Shown: positions 26,424 through 39,479 of the stretch, piece after piece | Layout of the letters: each line of letters starts with the position of its first letter | Position numbering within the stretch: the stretch's first letter is position 1 | Source: Octopus bimaculoides | Lineage: Eukaryota | Length of the DNA: 64,000 bases | Direction: 5' to 3' | Assembly (NCBI RefSeq): GCF_001194135.2 | Contig: NC_069000.1 | Span: 18,447,464 to 18,511,463, forward strand | Translations under genes and position numbers: made by a program | Notes under the pieces: generated by a model | Seen by the model: only the letters and a program-made list of their open reading frames with translations | Database searches by the model: none | Told to the model about the DNA's origin: nothing

Positions 26424-27368
26424 CTGAAAAATAATCGGAGGGTGAGGACAAGAAAAAAAAAGTTAATTGTAATGACATCACATGATTCTATTTCCAATTA
26501 GTAGGTTTTCTTCTTTCTTGCCTTTAACCCTCCAATGCAGAGTATAAGCCACTTATAAGTGAATTCCATGTCGCATAATTTTTCGCTTCTGTACTTATAC
26601 TCTGCCATGAATGTCCCCCTGTTTTACTTAGACATTTATTTATTTACTTATTTCATTCCTTGTACTTGTGTGTGAGGAGACCCAGGAAGACATAGGACAA
26701 AGGATGAACTCAGGGCACTGAACCGTAGAGGTGACAAAGGCCAAAGATCTGGTACCTTGCTGTATTCAAGAAGACCCATCCTCCACAATGTAAGTATTTA
26801 TGCCACTCTCCCTGATAAAGAGGATTAGTCTACAAAAACTGTGCTGGTGCCATGTAAAGAGTAATCATGCCGGTGCTATGTTAAAAGCACCCAGTGCACA
26901 TTGTAAAGTGGTTGGCATTAGGAAAGGCATCCAGCCATAGAAACCAAGTCAAATCAAACTAGAAATTGGTGCAGCTCTCCAGCATGCCAGCTCCAGTCAA
27001 ACTGACCAACCCGTGCCAGCATGGAAAACGGACATTAAAAGATGATGACGACATGTGTAGATAGGTGCTCCTGTGTAAGAATAACTGTAAATCTAACCCG
27101 TCTCATTTTAAAAATAGTATTAATGCACATTTCTAGTGTAGGGGTGTGCATGTGTGTACGCATGTGTTAAAATTTTTGAAATGCTGATTTTCAGTCAACG
27201 CTTTTCATGCCTTTCTTCAGCAAGCCATGGGTTGGAAATGACTGAAGATTGTTCATTTATTTGTTTAACCATGTAGCATTGAAACTTACCACACAGCCAC
27301 TCCTACACCTATGAACATGCACAAAGTCTAAAAGCATTTCTAAATTTAATTAAAGCGCAAAGATATAC

Positions 27369-27593
27369 CTTTCTTAGTTGTTTGTGTGGAGTCTTTAAGG
27401 GAGACTTCACACTGTTGACAGCAGGTATCAACGTCTGTTTCTGTGATATCTCCATCTTCTTATCATCATGGTATGGTGGAACTTGAACGACTTCAGGAAC
27501 TGAAGCGTCTGTATCTTTATTCACCAGCATTACATTGATGGGACCAGATGTACTCTTCAAATGGATTTGGTACTTCCTTAAGATACCAGGGCC
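27369..27593 (-). CDS. E2F4/5: E2F4/5-like copy A, exon 5 (GPGILRKYQIHLKSTSGPINVMLVNKDTDASVPEVVQVPP...SPLKTPHKQLRK)
   Basis: KYQIHLKS.SGPI.V.LVNK marked-box motif. TTTTTAG acceptor ends at 27594, AAG|GTATAT donor at 27368, 225 nt, phase 0/0. Confidence 0.9.
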
Positions 27594-29109
27594 CTAAAAA
27601 AATTAAAAATAAAAATATGAAGAAATTGCTTTTGATGCCAGACTCTACAAAAATGGGGTGGACAGACAAATAGATATAAAAAGAAAACTAAAATTTCCAT
27701 TAGATGTGTGTATGCATGTGTGTTTGTGATTATGAGAGAGAAAAAGAGGTAGGGAACCATCAGAATCATCATCATTTACTGCCCATTTTTCCATGCTTGC
27801 ATAGGTTGAGATGGTTTGACAAGAACAGGCAAACCAAAAGATTACACCAAGCTCTCTACAGTTGGATGCCCTTCCTAACACCACCCACTTTACAGAGTGT
27901 ACTGGGTGCTTTTTACACAGCACCAGTAGCAGTGAGGTCACCAAGTAACTTGCATGACAAGATTCCTCAAATGGGTGGAGGGAATTGTACTGAAGGACAG
28001 AAAGGTGTCTTGCATGAGAAGACAGACATGGCTTCCTCAGATGGAGAAGAGAGGGAGCGAAGAAAGAAAAATCGTGTAGATTTGACAAGAGAAGAAACAG
28101 GGACCATACACCCAAGTTACAAGGTGGTGTATATAGTAGAGTGGACCAGGGATTAGAAAGTGGGTAAAATGAGAGAGAGAGAGAGAGGAAATGAGAGGAG
28201 GAACGAAAGAAAGAACAAATTGCCAGAGACACTGAAGTATTTGTTCAGGTTCAGCACCCTTGGTGTAAATCCCAAGGTTAGCTTTCTCTTATTGACAGAA
28301 TAGTAAATGTTGGATGCCTTCTGGTATTTGTTCTGGATCTTTGGATTCTTTCTGCAATGGTTGTGATAACACTGGTGTCAAATTGTACTGGCCCTTGCTT
28401 TTCCTTTGGACAGTGTATGTGGTGTGTAGAAGAGTAGCTTGAATGCATGGGCATCTGCTGGGCTTCCATAAAAAACGTTGCCCAGCTTGTGCCTTTATGT
28501 CCCACAAGTGGATTAACAAAAATGCTTGTGGTAACCTGTAAAAGGAAGGCAAATAAAAGCAATCTTCTCTTACAAAAGTACCTTGACAAGCACATGTCAA
28601 GATACTTTAAAATCTATCAAGGCAGTTAACAGCATTGCGTTTCTGCATTAGAAATAAGAGGAGGGGCATGTTCAAGACCTCAGTCTAAGATTATGAAGAA
28701 AGGTATTTGATGATTGGCAAATGAAGCTAACAAAATAGTTTAAAAAAACAGAGGCACAATAGATAATAACCAGTGATCAGAAATTCAAAATGTTTCAGAG
28801 ATATCTCATTTCAGAAAATCAGGCATAAATCCATTAAATTTTCTATCCACAAAAATTGTTTCTTCTCAATTGTATGATTGAAAATAAATTTATCTTTTAC
28901 ATGTTTCAGTCATTAGACTGCAGCCATGCTGGGGCACTGCACTGAAGAATTTTTAGCTGAATGAACTGACCCCAGTACTTATTTTTTTCATGCCTGGTAC
29001 TTATTCTATCAGTCTCTTCTGTCAAACCACTAAGTTACGGGGGACATAAACACACTGACACCAGTTGTCAAGTGGTGGTGGAAGACAAACACAAAGACAC
29101 ATACTAAAA

Positions 29110-29177
<68 letters not shown>

Positions 29178-29345
29178 GATGGGCTTCTTTCAGTTTCCGT
29201 CTACCAAATCCACTTACAAGGCTTTGGTCGGCCCGAGGCTATAAAAGATACTTGCTCAAGGTGCCCTGCAGTGGGACTGAAACTGGAACCATGTGGTTGG
29301 GAAGTAAGCGTCTTACCACAGAGCCACACCTGTGCCTATGACAAT

Positions 29346-29399
29346 ATTTGTAAACATATTACATAGCCATAAATTTGTAAACATATTACAGAGCCATAA
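29346..29399. repeat. 27-bp tandem duplication (one mismatch) next to a SINE head
   Basis: ATTTGTAAACATATTACA(T/G)AGCCATAA twice. Confidence 0.9.
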
Positions 29400-29932
29400 A
29401 TTTTGTTTGGTTTTACACAGACTAAGAAGGAAAGCAGGAAGCTCATTATCCTCAGATAACTCCATTAGAAGCATTCAATGGTCAGATGGTGGTCAGTGTA
29501 TGTGGTGTTACCTCATGCAACGTTTAAGTATATTACTTCAAAATAGGCACAAACCATTTAATGAGCTTCCACAGTTTTTATCCACTTTCACTAAAAAGGT
29601 TTGAAATAACTCGAAGTTATGGTAGAAGACACTTAGCCATTGTGCCATGCACCAGGCTTGAACACTTGACACAAGATAACGAAGCGAACTTTTTAACTAC
29701 ACCGTCATGCCTACATCTATAATGTGCCCCCAAATACAAACTATTACAGATTGCTATAACTGAAACATCAACCAACCTGCTCAGTATCTTATAAGTCAAC
29801 CCACATGCCAATAACAGTGAGTTATTTGATCATGTTGAAGTGAAATTTTCCTTAACAAAAAGAAAAAAAAAAACCCTATAGTAACACAACTCACCTTAAG
29901 ACATTTACACAATAAGAACTTTTGCCACTTAC

Positions 29933-30044
29933 TATTTCTGGTAGTGGTACTCCAAGTTGTGTCCCTGACGGTGCCTGTACAGATAACAAGATACTTCCAG
30001 GAAAAACACTACAAACATCTTCATAACTTACATAGGCCATCTTG
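29933..30044 (-). CDS. E2F4/5: E2F4/5-like copy A, exon 4 (KMAYVSYEDVCSVFPGSILLSVQAPSGTQLGVPLPEI), marked box; 5' boundary uncertain (30041, 30044 or 30048)
   Basis: Aligns to E2F4/5 AYVTHEDIC..F.GDTLLAI.APSGT.LEVPIPE. GTAAGT donor at 29932. Confidence 0.92.
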
Positions 30045-31359
30045 GTATCTGTAAAAGGACATTGAAGTAGAGTTTGCTTTAATATTTTATAATAATAAGC
30101 TTTTCTGCTAAAGGCACAAGGCCTGAAACTTTGAGAGAAGGGTTTAGTCAATTACATCAACCCCAGTGCAGTTATTTCATCAACCCCGAAAGGATGTAAG
30201 GCAAAGTCGACCATGGCGGAATTTGAACTCAGAATGTAAAGATGGAGGAAATGTCGCTAAGCATTTTGGCCAGAGTGCTAACAACTCTGCCAGCTCACCA
30301 CCTTAATAATAATGGTTTCAAACTTTATTCATTTGATAGTTCAAGACTCAGCAGAGGCTGAGTAAGTGGAAAACATTGGGATGCTACAATTTGCCTGGAG
30401 TAGATGCTTCCAGTACCATAAAGCAGTTTTTCTCACATTCATTATAGGTAGGGAGGGGAGCTCCGAAAGGGGTCTCAGGGAGTAGCATCCTTACCTTCCT
30501 GAGCTAGTTTGCCACCACATTCCTTAAAAATCGTGGTGGAGGCCTCAGTCTCGGGACCACTCATGTCTAGAATCTGAGCTTGGGGGTAAGCAAGGGCATG
30601 CTCCCAGAAAGCCTCATGATAGCAAAGGAGAATGGGCATCAGCCAGCCCAAAGTTTGGGGTGGGCTGCACCTGCCTACCTCAGTTGCTATGGCATTGAGG
30701 TAGATCCACCCATCCCTGTTAACGAGGACAAAACCTGGATTTAAAACACTGGATGATGGTGATGATGATGGTTACTATATTGTAGCTCCTGTACAAACAT
30801 ACATATATACACAAATCACTGAAGGAATCTCTATGATTGTTTGACCAGCTAGAAATATTGACCAAAATTTCTTCACAAAACACTTTACCATCGTGAAAAA
30901 AGAAATATAAAAAATTAACATGTTGGATAAAGTAATCTTGAAAATACAAAAAAATGGGATAGTCAAAACTGAAACATCTTTGACTGGATCTTCTTAATTA
31001 GGGCTGATTTGAGGCAATGCAAGAATCACCTCTGTCCTTCTCACACATCACCACTATTATAAAACACAACTTTTTTTGTGCCATGCCTACAGTCAATCAG
31101 CAACCATGAAGCTCCTTCCCTCTTATCACACATGCAACCAGCCCATGTTATTGGGCTAGTCTCTCTGATGCCAGCTGGTAAAGCCATTGCATATCTTCTC
31201 TCTCTTTCTTTTAGTTTCCCTGTTATCACCAAGTACTCAAGGCCTTTTTCTCTATGGTATCCAACAATAACAACAATCCACAAACACCCACCACACAAAA
31301 CAATAACATGTCCATCAGATTACCAAACAAAAAAAAACAAAAAAAAAAAAAAAAGATAT
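30045..31359 (-). other. U12-type (minor spliceosome) intron 3 of copy A, AT-AC or AT-AA termini
   Basis: The donor reads ATATCTTT (U12 consensus ATATCCTT). The 3' end reads TCCTTTTACAGATAC|CAA|G, with a TCCTT-type branch-like motif. It lies at the position where E2F genes are known to carry a U12 intron. Confidence 0.8.
30455..30770 (+). mobile_element. ~315-bp retroposon 3' fragment with (GAT)n tail, copy 1 (in intron 3 of copy A)
   Basis: Colinear with the reverse complement of 39899-40217 (e.g. CTCCGAAAGGGGTCTC, GTTGCTATGGC.TTGAGGTAGATCCA, GATTTAAAACACTGGATGATG). Confidence 0.75.
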
Positions 31360-31521
31360 TTACTGTTGGATGCTTCTTCAGTGATATTTTTAATACTTTG
31401 TTGTATACAGCTCTTATGAGAGTCAAGGGCTTTCTCCTGCTGGTCCAACATGGAAGTTTCACTCTTTAACATTAAAAGCCGATTGGATATTTCCTTGGAA
31501 GTGCAGCCTGGACCTGCTCCT
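31360..31521 (-). CDS. E2F4/5: E2F4/5-like copy A, exon 3 (GAGPGCTSKEISNRLLMLKSETSMLDQQEKALDSHKSCIQQSIKNITEEASNS), DP-dimerisation coiled coil
   Basis: Aligns to E2F4 GVGPGCNTREIADKL...QQSIRNVTED. Acceptor TTTCTCAG ends at 31522; 162 nt; followed by U12-type donor ATATCTTT at 31359. Confidence 0.93.
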
Positions 31522-31592
31522 CTGAGAAAGAGAGCGCGTATTAAATAAAACAGGACTAATATTAAGACTTCAATAGCACGACAGCATTATAA

Positions 31593-31901
31593 CACTTTAG
31601 CATTTAAACTGGACGTATACACCAGTCCTCAGTCAAGTCGTCCAACCCATGCTAGCATGGAAAGCGGACGTTAAACGATGATGATGATGATGATGATGAT
31701 GTATCCAGCCCAAATCTTCTACTTGCTTTATGTTAAAACTGGCCATGTACTACAGTTTCTCACATCTACTCTACAGTGTCATTGCAAAAATAAACAATCA
31801 CATCATTGAAATCTTAAAGCTATGAGATAATGTATGATTAATTCAAAACAATGTGAATAAATAAACATTACATATGATAGAATAATCTGAATGCTAAAGG
31901 G
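31593..31901. mobile_element. piggyBac-like MITE interrupted by a short retroposon 3' tail (~31617-31700)
   Basis: Same MITE body as 12383-12600, split by CCAGTCCTCAGTC...GGACGTTAAACG(ATG)n, with GTAT repeated on both sides of the insert. Confidence 0.7.
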
Positions 31902-33441
31902 TTAAACAAGTGAAGAGAGATATCTATTACTGCTCCTGGATGCAAATAATTTACTTCACTCCACCTCCAGTACCCATTGCCTAGTTAGGTAAATGGAGGT
32001 GAAACAGAAAGGCCCAAAAGGACAATGAAAATGCTTATAATGAGAAATGGAATTTTAAAAGTGTAAGCTTTAAATTTGATTAAAATTCCTTAAAGTGGTG
32101 CCCCAGCATGGCTGCAGTCTAATGACTGAAACAAGTGAAAGACAGAAAGATGATGATCTCAACACAAAACTTGTCTTAAAATAAGCTCCAACATCTCTAA
32201 ACCATTGCTAATTACCATAGTCGTTGTTTCATCATTTTTACATTCCCTTTTCCATGCTTGTATGGGTTAGACAGAATTCCTTGAGGCAGATTTTCTAAAA
32301 CTGCATGCCCTTACTGCCACCAACCTTCGCTTTTTTTTTCCAAGCAAAGTAACATTCTGCTATGGCCAGACGTGTTTCACAGAAGACTGATTTACACCCG
32401 TCATGTGATGTCAAGACCCAGGTACATATAGACACACACACACACACTATATATATANNNNNNNNNNNNNNNNNNNNNNNNNNNNNNNNNNNNNNNNNNN
32501 NNNNNNNNNNNNNNNNNNNNNNNNNNNNNNNNNNNNNNNNNNNNNNNNNNNNNNNNNNNNNNNNNNNNNNNNNNNNNNNNNNNNNNNNNNNNNNNNNNNN
32601 NNNNNNNNNNNNNNNNNNNNNNNNNNNNNNNNNNNNNNNNNNNNNNNNNNNNNNNNNNNNNNNNNNNNNNNNNNNNNNNNNNNNNNNNNNNNNNNNNNNN
32701 NNNNNNNNNNNNNNNNNNNNNNNNNNNNNNNNNNNNNNNNNNNNNNNNNNNNNNNNNNNNNNNNNNNNNNNNNNNNNNNNNNNNNNNNNNNNNNNNNNNN
32801 NNNNNNNNNNNNNNNNNNNNNNNNNNNNNNNNNNNNNNNNNNNNNNATATATATATAGGGTGTCCATAAATTACAGACATCACTAAATATATCCCCAATG
32901 GTTGTTATATTTTTTTAATAGGTTAGACAAGATTATGTCTATATTACAATAACCAACAATATGTTGTACATGCATAGTAATATTACGATCATGAAATTAG
33001 CATTAGCTTATCTCACTCTTTCTCGCAGAACCCCTAGGAACCTTTTGCAGAACCCTGGTTGAGAAACAGTGAATTACACACATTAAATATATTAAATTCA
33101 TCAAATACAAAATATGTATATATGTATACATGCAAATCAAAAGAAAGCAAAGAGTGGAAACTTTCAGGTGTATTAATATATAGATATTTATATTAATAGG
33201 TCCAACTTACACTGAGAACAAATGACACAGAAAATTTTTATATATATACATACACACACAAAGGGCTTCTTTCAGTTTCTGTCCACCAAATCCACTCACA
33301 AGGCTTTGGTTGACCCAGGGCATTAGTAGAAGACACCCAAGGAACTGAACCAGAAAGAATATGTTTATGGAGCAAGCTTCTTAACCACACAGCCACACTT
33401 GCATCTACCATACTTATTTAAAACCAAAAATAAAAACTTAC

Positions 33442-33551
33442 TTCCATTGGATACTGTTTTTTGATTTCTTTTCTATTAACCCAATTCCTTCTAGAACATT
33501 TGTGATGTCATATATCCGTCGTTTCTGTCGCACAGCCAATGTGTCTGCAGC
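33442..33551 (-). CDS. E2F4/5: E2F4/5-like copy A, exon 2 ([37 protein letters not shown])
   Basis: Contains the invariant [14 protein letters not shown] recognition helix. CAG acceptor at 33554-33552, GTAAGT donor at 33441, 110 nt, ends in phase 2. Confidence 0.97.
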
Positions 33552-36500
33552 CTGTAACAGAAATTAAGAGAGAAGGGTTAAAAAATCTTTAGCAGCATTC
33601 AGGGTCTTACCTTCCATCTCACCTTTTCCATCACCACCAATCTTGCCACAAGCAAATGAGAGTGTTTCTACATGGTTAAAATAGTAGCAAAATCTCTCTC
33701 AAATCACATCCCTACTGTCTAAGGAAATAATATGTTGGATAATGAGTTCATAGCTGGAATGCATTTCAGAGATCTATTGACTTGCGGGTTAAACAACGAC
33801 TATCAGTGTTAAATACTTCATATCTAGCAATACGGGGGTCTATGATGTTGCTTAACCTGCTAGAAATCAGTCAAACCTCCCTCAAATTATACCCTACTCT
33901 CATTAGATACATAAAATCTTAGAAAAATAAATGGCTATGGCTCAAACACCATTGATCAAAAGGATTTTTTAAACCTCAAATGGTTATTAACATGAAATTT
34001 TATTGGAAAGTTTTAATTTACATCAATCCCTTTAGCATTTAAACCAGCCATATCTGGCCAAAATATTCTGTTTTATGTTCAAACTGATCAAATCTGGCCT
34101 CTCACACCAACCCTACAATATCATACTAAAAATTAACAGTTACCTCATCAAAATCTGAAAGCTACGAGATAAAGCATGATTAATTCAAAACAATGTGAAT
34201 GAATAATCATTACATTAGACAGAGGAATCTGAATGCTAAAGAAGTTTGTATCACAGAACCTGTGGCAGTGCAGGGCAGGTTGGCATCAAAATGGTTAATG
34301 AAAGAGACTTTACTTATTGATGTAAGAGAAGCTGACTAATTTCCTCTCATACAACAATTTTGCTCTCTCACATGACCGCTTGCTACAACGTTTCACTCTC
34401 TCAAACCACAACCTGCTGTGTAAATAGTAAGCTCTGGAATCCGAGTAAAATGGAAGTGGTCTATGCTGGTAGACCATGACATTAGTCTCCAGATTTTCTC
34501 ATCAAAGGAAGACAAATGTCTGAAATGAATGTTTTTACTTTTCACATCAATTACCAAGCTGTATATTTTTTTTCCCTACAAATTTATCAAGAATCATGGT
34601 TGGTTTCGGTTATAGATAAAATCCTTGTCATAAGACGATTTATAAGCCACCAACTGGACACAGATCTAAGGAGCACTCATACATTTTCCTGATTGATACA
34701 TCCGTGACAACATATATCTGATCAAATGGAGCTGTTTGAAGCTATTAAACAGTGTAGCATTATTTTGAGCCAACAAAGGAAAAAAAAGTTTCAGTACAGT
34801 CTACACAAACCACAAGAAAAGGCAGCCAAATTCTTCTCAAATCATACCCAACGGTCACACAAAAAAGAAACATTGGACAATGTAGTCATTTCCAAAAATG
34901 AAATATAAAAAAGATATGGTCATGGCTGGGACACCTCTTATAAGTCAGTTTGATATTAGAGTTGGACCAGGGAAAAAACGAGGTTACATGGACATAGACA
35001 AACCAATTCTGGTGGTCAAGAGATGCAACAAACAATTGCTTCTACACACACTACACTGTCTACCAAATTCATTCACAGGGTATTGTTTGGCTCAGAGCTA
35101 TAGTAAAAGACACTTGCCCAAGATGTGCACACTCAGTTGGACTGAACCTGAAACCAAATGCTTGTAAAGCAAGCTTCTTAACCACTTAACCACGTCTGCA
35201 CCTATTACATTATAAAAAATTCACAAAGAGCAATAAATTAACCAGGAGTTGTGGTGATTTGCTGTACTTGAGAAGAGTATCAAGCTAAGTAAAATTGCTG
35301 TCATCCATACATACAGCCACATTGTATTATCTGTTCCTTTCTTATGGGCAGAATCAGCACAGCTGATATATAGTGAACTGGATTTCTAGTGTAATGGAAG
35401 TTATTGTTTGTTTAACAGTGAAGGGGAGAAGGTACAATTTGCATGGGTCTGCATAAAAGTGCTTCCTGTTCTTAAGAAAGATCACAAGCTATGTATTGTT
35501 TCATCATATAAAAGTGGGTCAATACGATTTTGCCCAGAAATCATGTTTTCAAAATTTTAATTTACCCCCATCCCCACCACAATTTCTTAATCAGTAACTT
35601 TTTTTGAATTTTTTTTTTTATCTTCTAAGGAAAATACAGATTACAAATCTGGGAAATATTTTTTTTAAAGTTTAATTTTTCTTGAAGAAACACTCAATGC
35701 CCTTTCCCCCACCTTGCCCACCCATCACCTACCCACTTTCAAAAAGCTAAAACTTCCCAATGTTTCACTTTCATCTGATGTTTCACGCATTCATAGAACT
35801 GTACTAAAATAGCAGATGTAAAAAATACCAGACCACCATCAGAAAACCCGACATACTAGAAACAGGTAAATGACATTATTTCTGAAGAAACTTCCCTACT
35901 TTCCAAACAGCTAAAAGTGAAACATTGGGAGTTTGTATCTTTTTGAAAGTGGTGAGGTGATGGATGTTTGGGAAGGAGATCTTAGTGTTTCTTTAAGAAA
36001 AAAAGAAAGAAGAAAATTGTTTAAGATTTGTACTCTGTTTTTTCTGTGTGGATTACCNNNNNNNNNNNNNNNNNNNNNNNNNNNNNNNNNNNNNNNNNNN
36101 NNNNNNNNNNNNNNNNNNNNNNNNNNNNNNNNNNNNNNNNNNNNNNNNNNNNNNNNNNNNNNNNNNNNNNNNNNNNNNNNNNNNNNNNNNNNNNNNNNNN
36201 NNNNNNNNNNNNNNNNNNNNNNNNNNNNNNNNNNNNNNNNNNNNNNNNNNNNNNNNNNNNNNNNNNNNNNNNNNNNNNNNNNNNNNNNNNNNNNNNNNNN
36301 NNNNNNNNNNNNNNNNNNNNNNNNNNNNNNNNNNNNNNNNNNNNNNNNNNNNNNNNNNNNNNNNNNNNNNNNNNNNNNNNNNNNNNNNNNNNNNNNNNNN
36401 NNNNNNNNNNNNNNNNNNNNNNNNNNNNGATCAAGTTTTTAAATACGCTCATCACAAAAACAAATTACAGAAAAGAAAAAGGTAATTTCAACTGGATTTC

Positions 36501-37363
36501 AAGCTGTAATTTTGCACGTGCACACAGCAAGAAATAACATAATTCGTGCAGAAGTTTTATCTAGAGTATATATGTGCATGCATGTGTGTGCCAAAAGAAG
36601 TTATTTTATGGCATTCTTTCATTTGAAGCAGCAAAGTTGTCAACTTGATCATATGATTGTTTGTTAATTTTTTAAATTTCTTTATGCATTGAAGAGAGCA
36701 GAAATTGAAAGAGAGGAGAAAGTGAAAAGGTGACTTTGCTTTGAAATGAGTGCAGAAAGTGAAATATGTATGTATGTGTATATGAAATGGACATGTGTGT
36801 GTGTATGTGTGCAAGAGAGAGAGAGAGAGGGGGTGTGTTATGTACATTTTTGCATGTATGTGTAAGTGGCACTTACTCGCTTTCTCTATCTCTCACACAT
36901 ACATTATCTTTCATATACACATACATAAATACATATGCATACATCTTTTTTGCATGCATGTGTGCGTGCATGTGAGAGAGAAAGTGACTGTATTTCCTCA
37001 ACATAGAGAGAAATGGATGTCTTTTAATGAAAGTTTTTGGTTGGGGTTTATTTTAATACAATATTTATGTGTACATTTCCATAAATGTTGGCCTGAGTAG
37101 AATTCTATGCATGCATGAAACATCAAACGACAGTGAAACATTTGAAGCAAATTGAAATATTGCCCAAAGATGACCTCAAAATTGTGTGACCTGACCTCAT
37201 TCCCAAGGTTATTATAGCAATGAAAAAGAGTTGTGCCAAAAACAGTTTATTTGGTAGATAGATAAGCAGCTTTCCTTATTTTAGTACACGTGTAACTAAT
37301 TCGGAGAAACATTACTTTCATTATTCACACATTGTCACTCTTGTAATGCGACACTTTAAATTT

Positions 37364-37438
37364 TGTTCAAATTGAATAAGTGAAACTATGTTCAAATTGA
37401 ATAAGTGAAACTATGTTCAAATTGAATAAGTGAAACTA
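37364..37438. repeat. Perfect 3x 25-bp tandem repeat TGTTCAAATTGAATAAGTGAAACTA
   Basis: Read directly from the sequence. Confidence 0.95.
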
Positions 37439-39045
37439 TTTTCACTCCCTAATAAAACCTGGTTGTTGTAGAGCAATGTATTTCAAATAGCTATAGCTCG
37501 TTGTGGAGATAACATAGAAAATATGTAAATGAAAAAGTTTATTTGGTAGTCGAAAGATTACTGAATCTTTTGATACCCTATATGTCAAAATCAGCAACTT
37601 AGTTTTCGAATGCATAAGGAACATACGTACACACACATACAAACTCTTTTTTTTATATATCATCATCTTCATTTAACATCCATTTTCCATGCTGGCATGG
37701 GTTGGTCGGTTTGACTGGGGACTGACTGGTGATCCAGAAGGCTGCACCAGGCTCCAATCCGATCTGGAAATGTTTCTACACCTGCATGCCCATCCTAACG
37801 CCAACCATTCCGAGAGTGTAGTGGGTGCTTTTTACATGCTACCGGCATGAGGGTCAGTCTTTATATAGTGAAGAAAAGTGCCAATCTCTGTAGGGAACCT
37901 CAGGAAGCGATAGAGAGAGGTATGTAGGTTTTAAAACATACATGGTATTAAGGCAATATCAGTACAGTAATTATTTCGAGCTCATGTTCTGTAATTATTG
38001 ATAATTTCTCAAATGTTGCCTAATGCAAATAACCAAAATAGCTTCCTCATTTGTTATCAATTATAAGCTCTTTTCTATGTCGTGGCATTAATGGAGATGA
38101 GTGAACCCTGACAGAGATAAACAATTATGGAACACACAACTGTTCCCTCCTTCTCTACTATAGAACTACCTCCCACTCCTTGAAAACAAAGGGAGCTGGG
38201 TACAGGATGAAACAGAAGAAGTGTACTTCCTCTTTCTCCTTCACACCTACGCCCTGACCTACTTGCATCTATGTCAAGAAGGTCATTGAACTTAACCAAC
38301 ATTTTCTGCAAAGGCCATGGACCTTCCAACTTCAAGAAAAGAAAAATCAGTTGCTTTCTGAAGAAAATAATATTAATAACTAATAATTATAATAAATAGA
38401 TAACTATGAAGATTTAACCATTTAGACCAAATATTCTATGTTTTATGCTAGAGCTGACCAAATCCAACCTCTCAAACCTATCCTACACTGTCATTCTAAA
38501 AATAATCACATTATCGAAATCTTGAAGCTATAATGCACAATTAATTCAAAACAATGTAAATTAAAGCATTACAATTGACAAAGAAATCCAAATGCTTTAG
38601 GGTTAAATATTTATAATTACTGAAATAATAGGTGAGCAGTTGTTCAGTATTCTTCCAACACCCACACTTTTCTATCCAATCACGATATCTCAAAGTATGT
38701 TACATAGTACCCCTCCTCCTCCTCTTACGATTTCAAACAAATCTTCCTCCTCATCCCTCACCTACTTATCATATTTCAATTAATCACTTCCTTAACAGAG
38801 GGAGAGAGAGAGATGATGACAATGAAATGCAATCTTTTTAAAAGTCTTCAGTTCTGCACCTATCAGCATCATCTCGATACCAGGTAAAGGGGCAAGTGGC
38901 ATGCTGGTACTGGTGGTGGTGGTGTGGTGATAGTAGTGGTTGTAATAGCATGGTGGGGAGAGGGTAGCGAGAGAGAGAGAGAGAGAAAGAAAGAGGATAA
39001 TTTCCTGAAGTGAAAGACACCACCCTCACCTCACCATTATTCATT

Positions 39046-39086
<41 letters not shown>

Positions 39087-39479
39087 TCACAAACCAACTA
39101 TCAAATTCACTATCACCACCGCCACTATCAGGAAGCCGGTTATCAGTTTACTTTGCAATAGAAATTCTACTCCCTTTCCCTCCATTATTTCAAAAGTGCA
39201 TTGACATGTAGTTTAAATATGTAGTGTGTGTACACACAGTTGTTATCAATATTATCATGAATAGCAGAAACACTCAGTAGAACATGATACTGTAGGGTAG
39301 GTGTGAGAGGCAGGATCTGACCGGTTTGAACCTAAAACAGAATATCTTGGCCGGATATGGCCAGTTTAAATGCTAAGGGATTAAGTTGCACCATCTCTCT
39401 TTCCATCGAAATATGATGAACTCAGTTTATGTCAGAAATAAGCATTAGAAGGGGACTGGCAGAATCATTAAAACAACAC

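Noticed and set aside
38075-38335. 86-aa minus-strand ORF in intron 1
   Set aside because: No recognisable motif or splice sites; an extra exon is not needed between exons 1 and 2, which join in frame.
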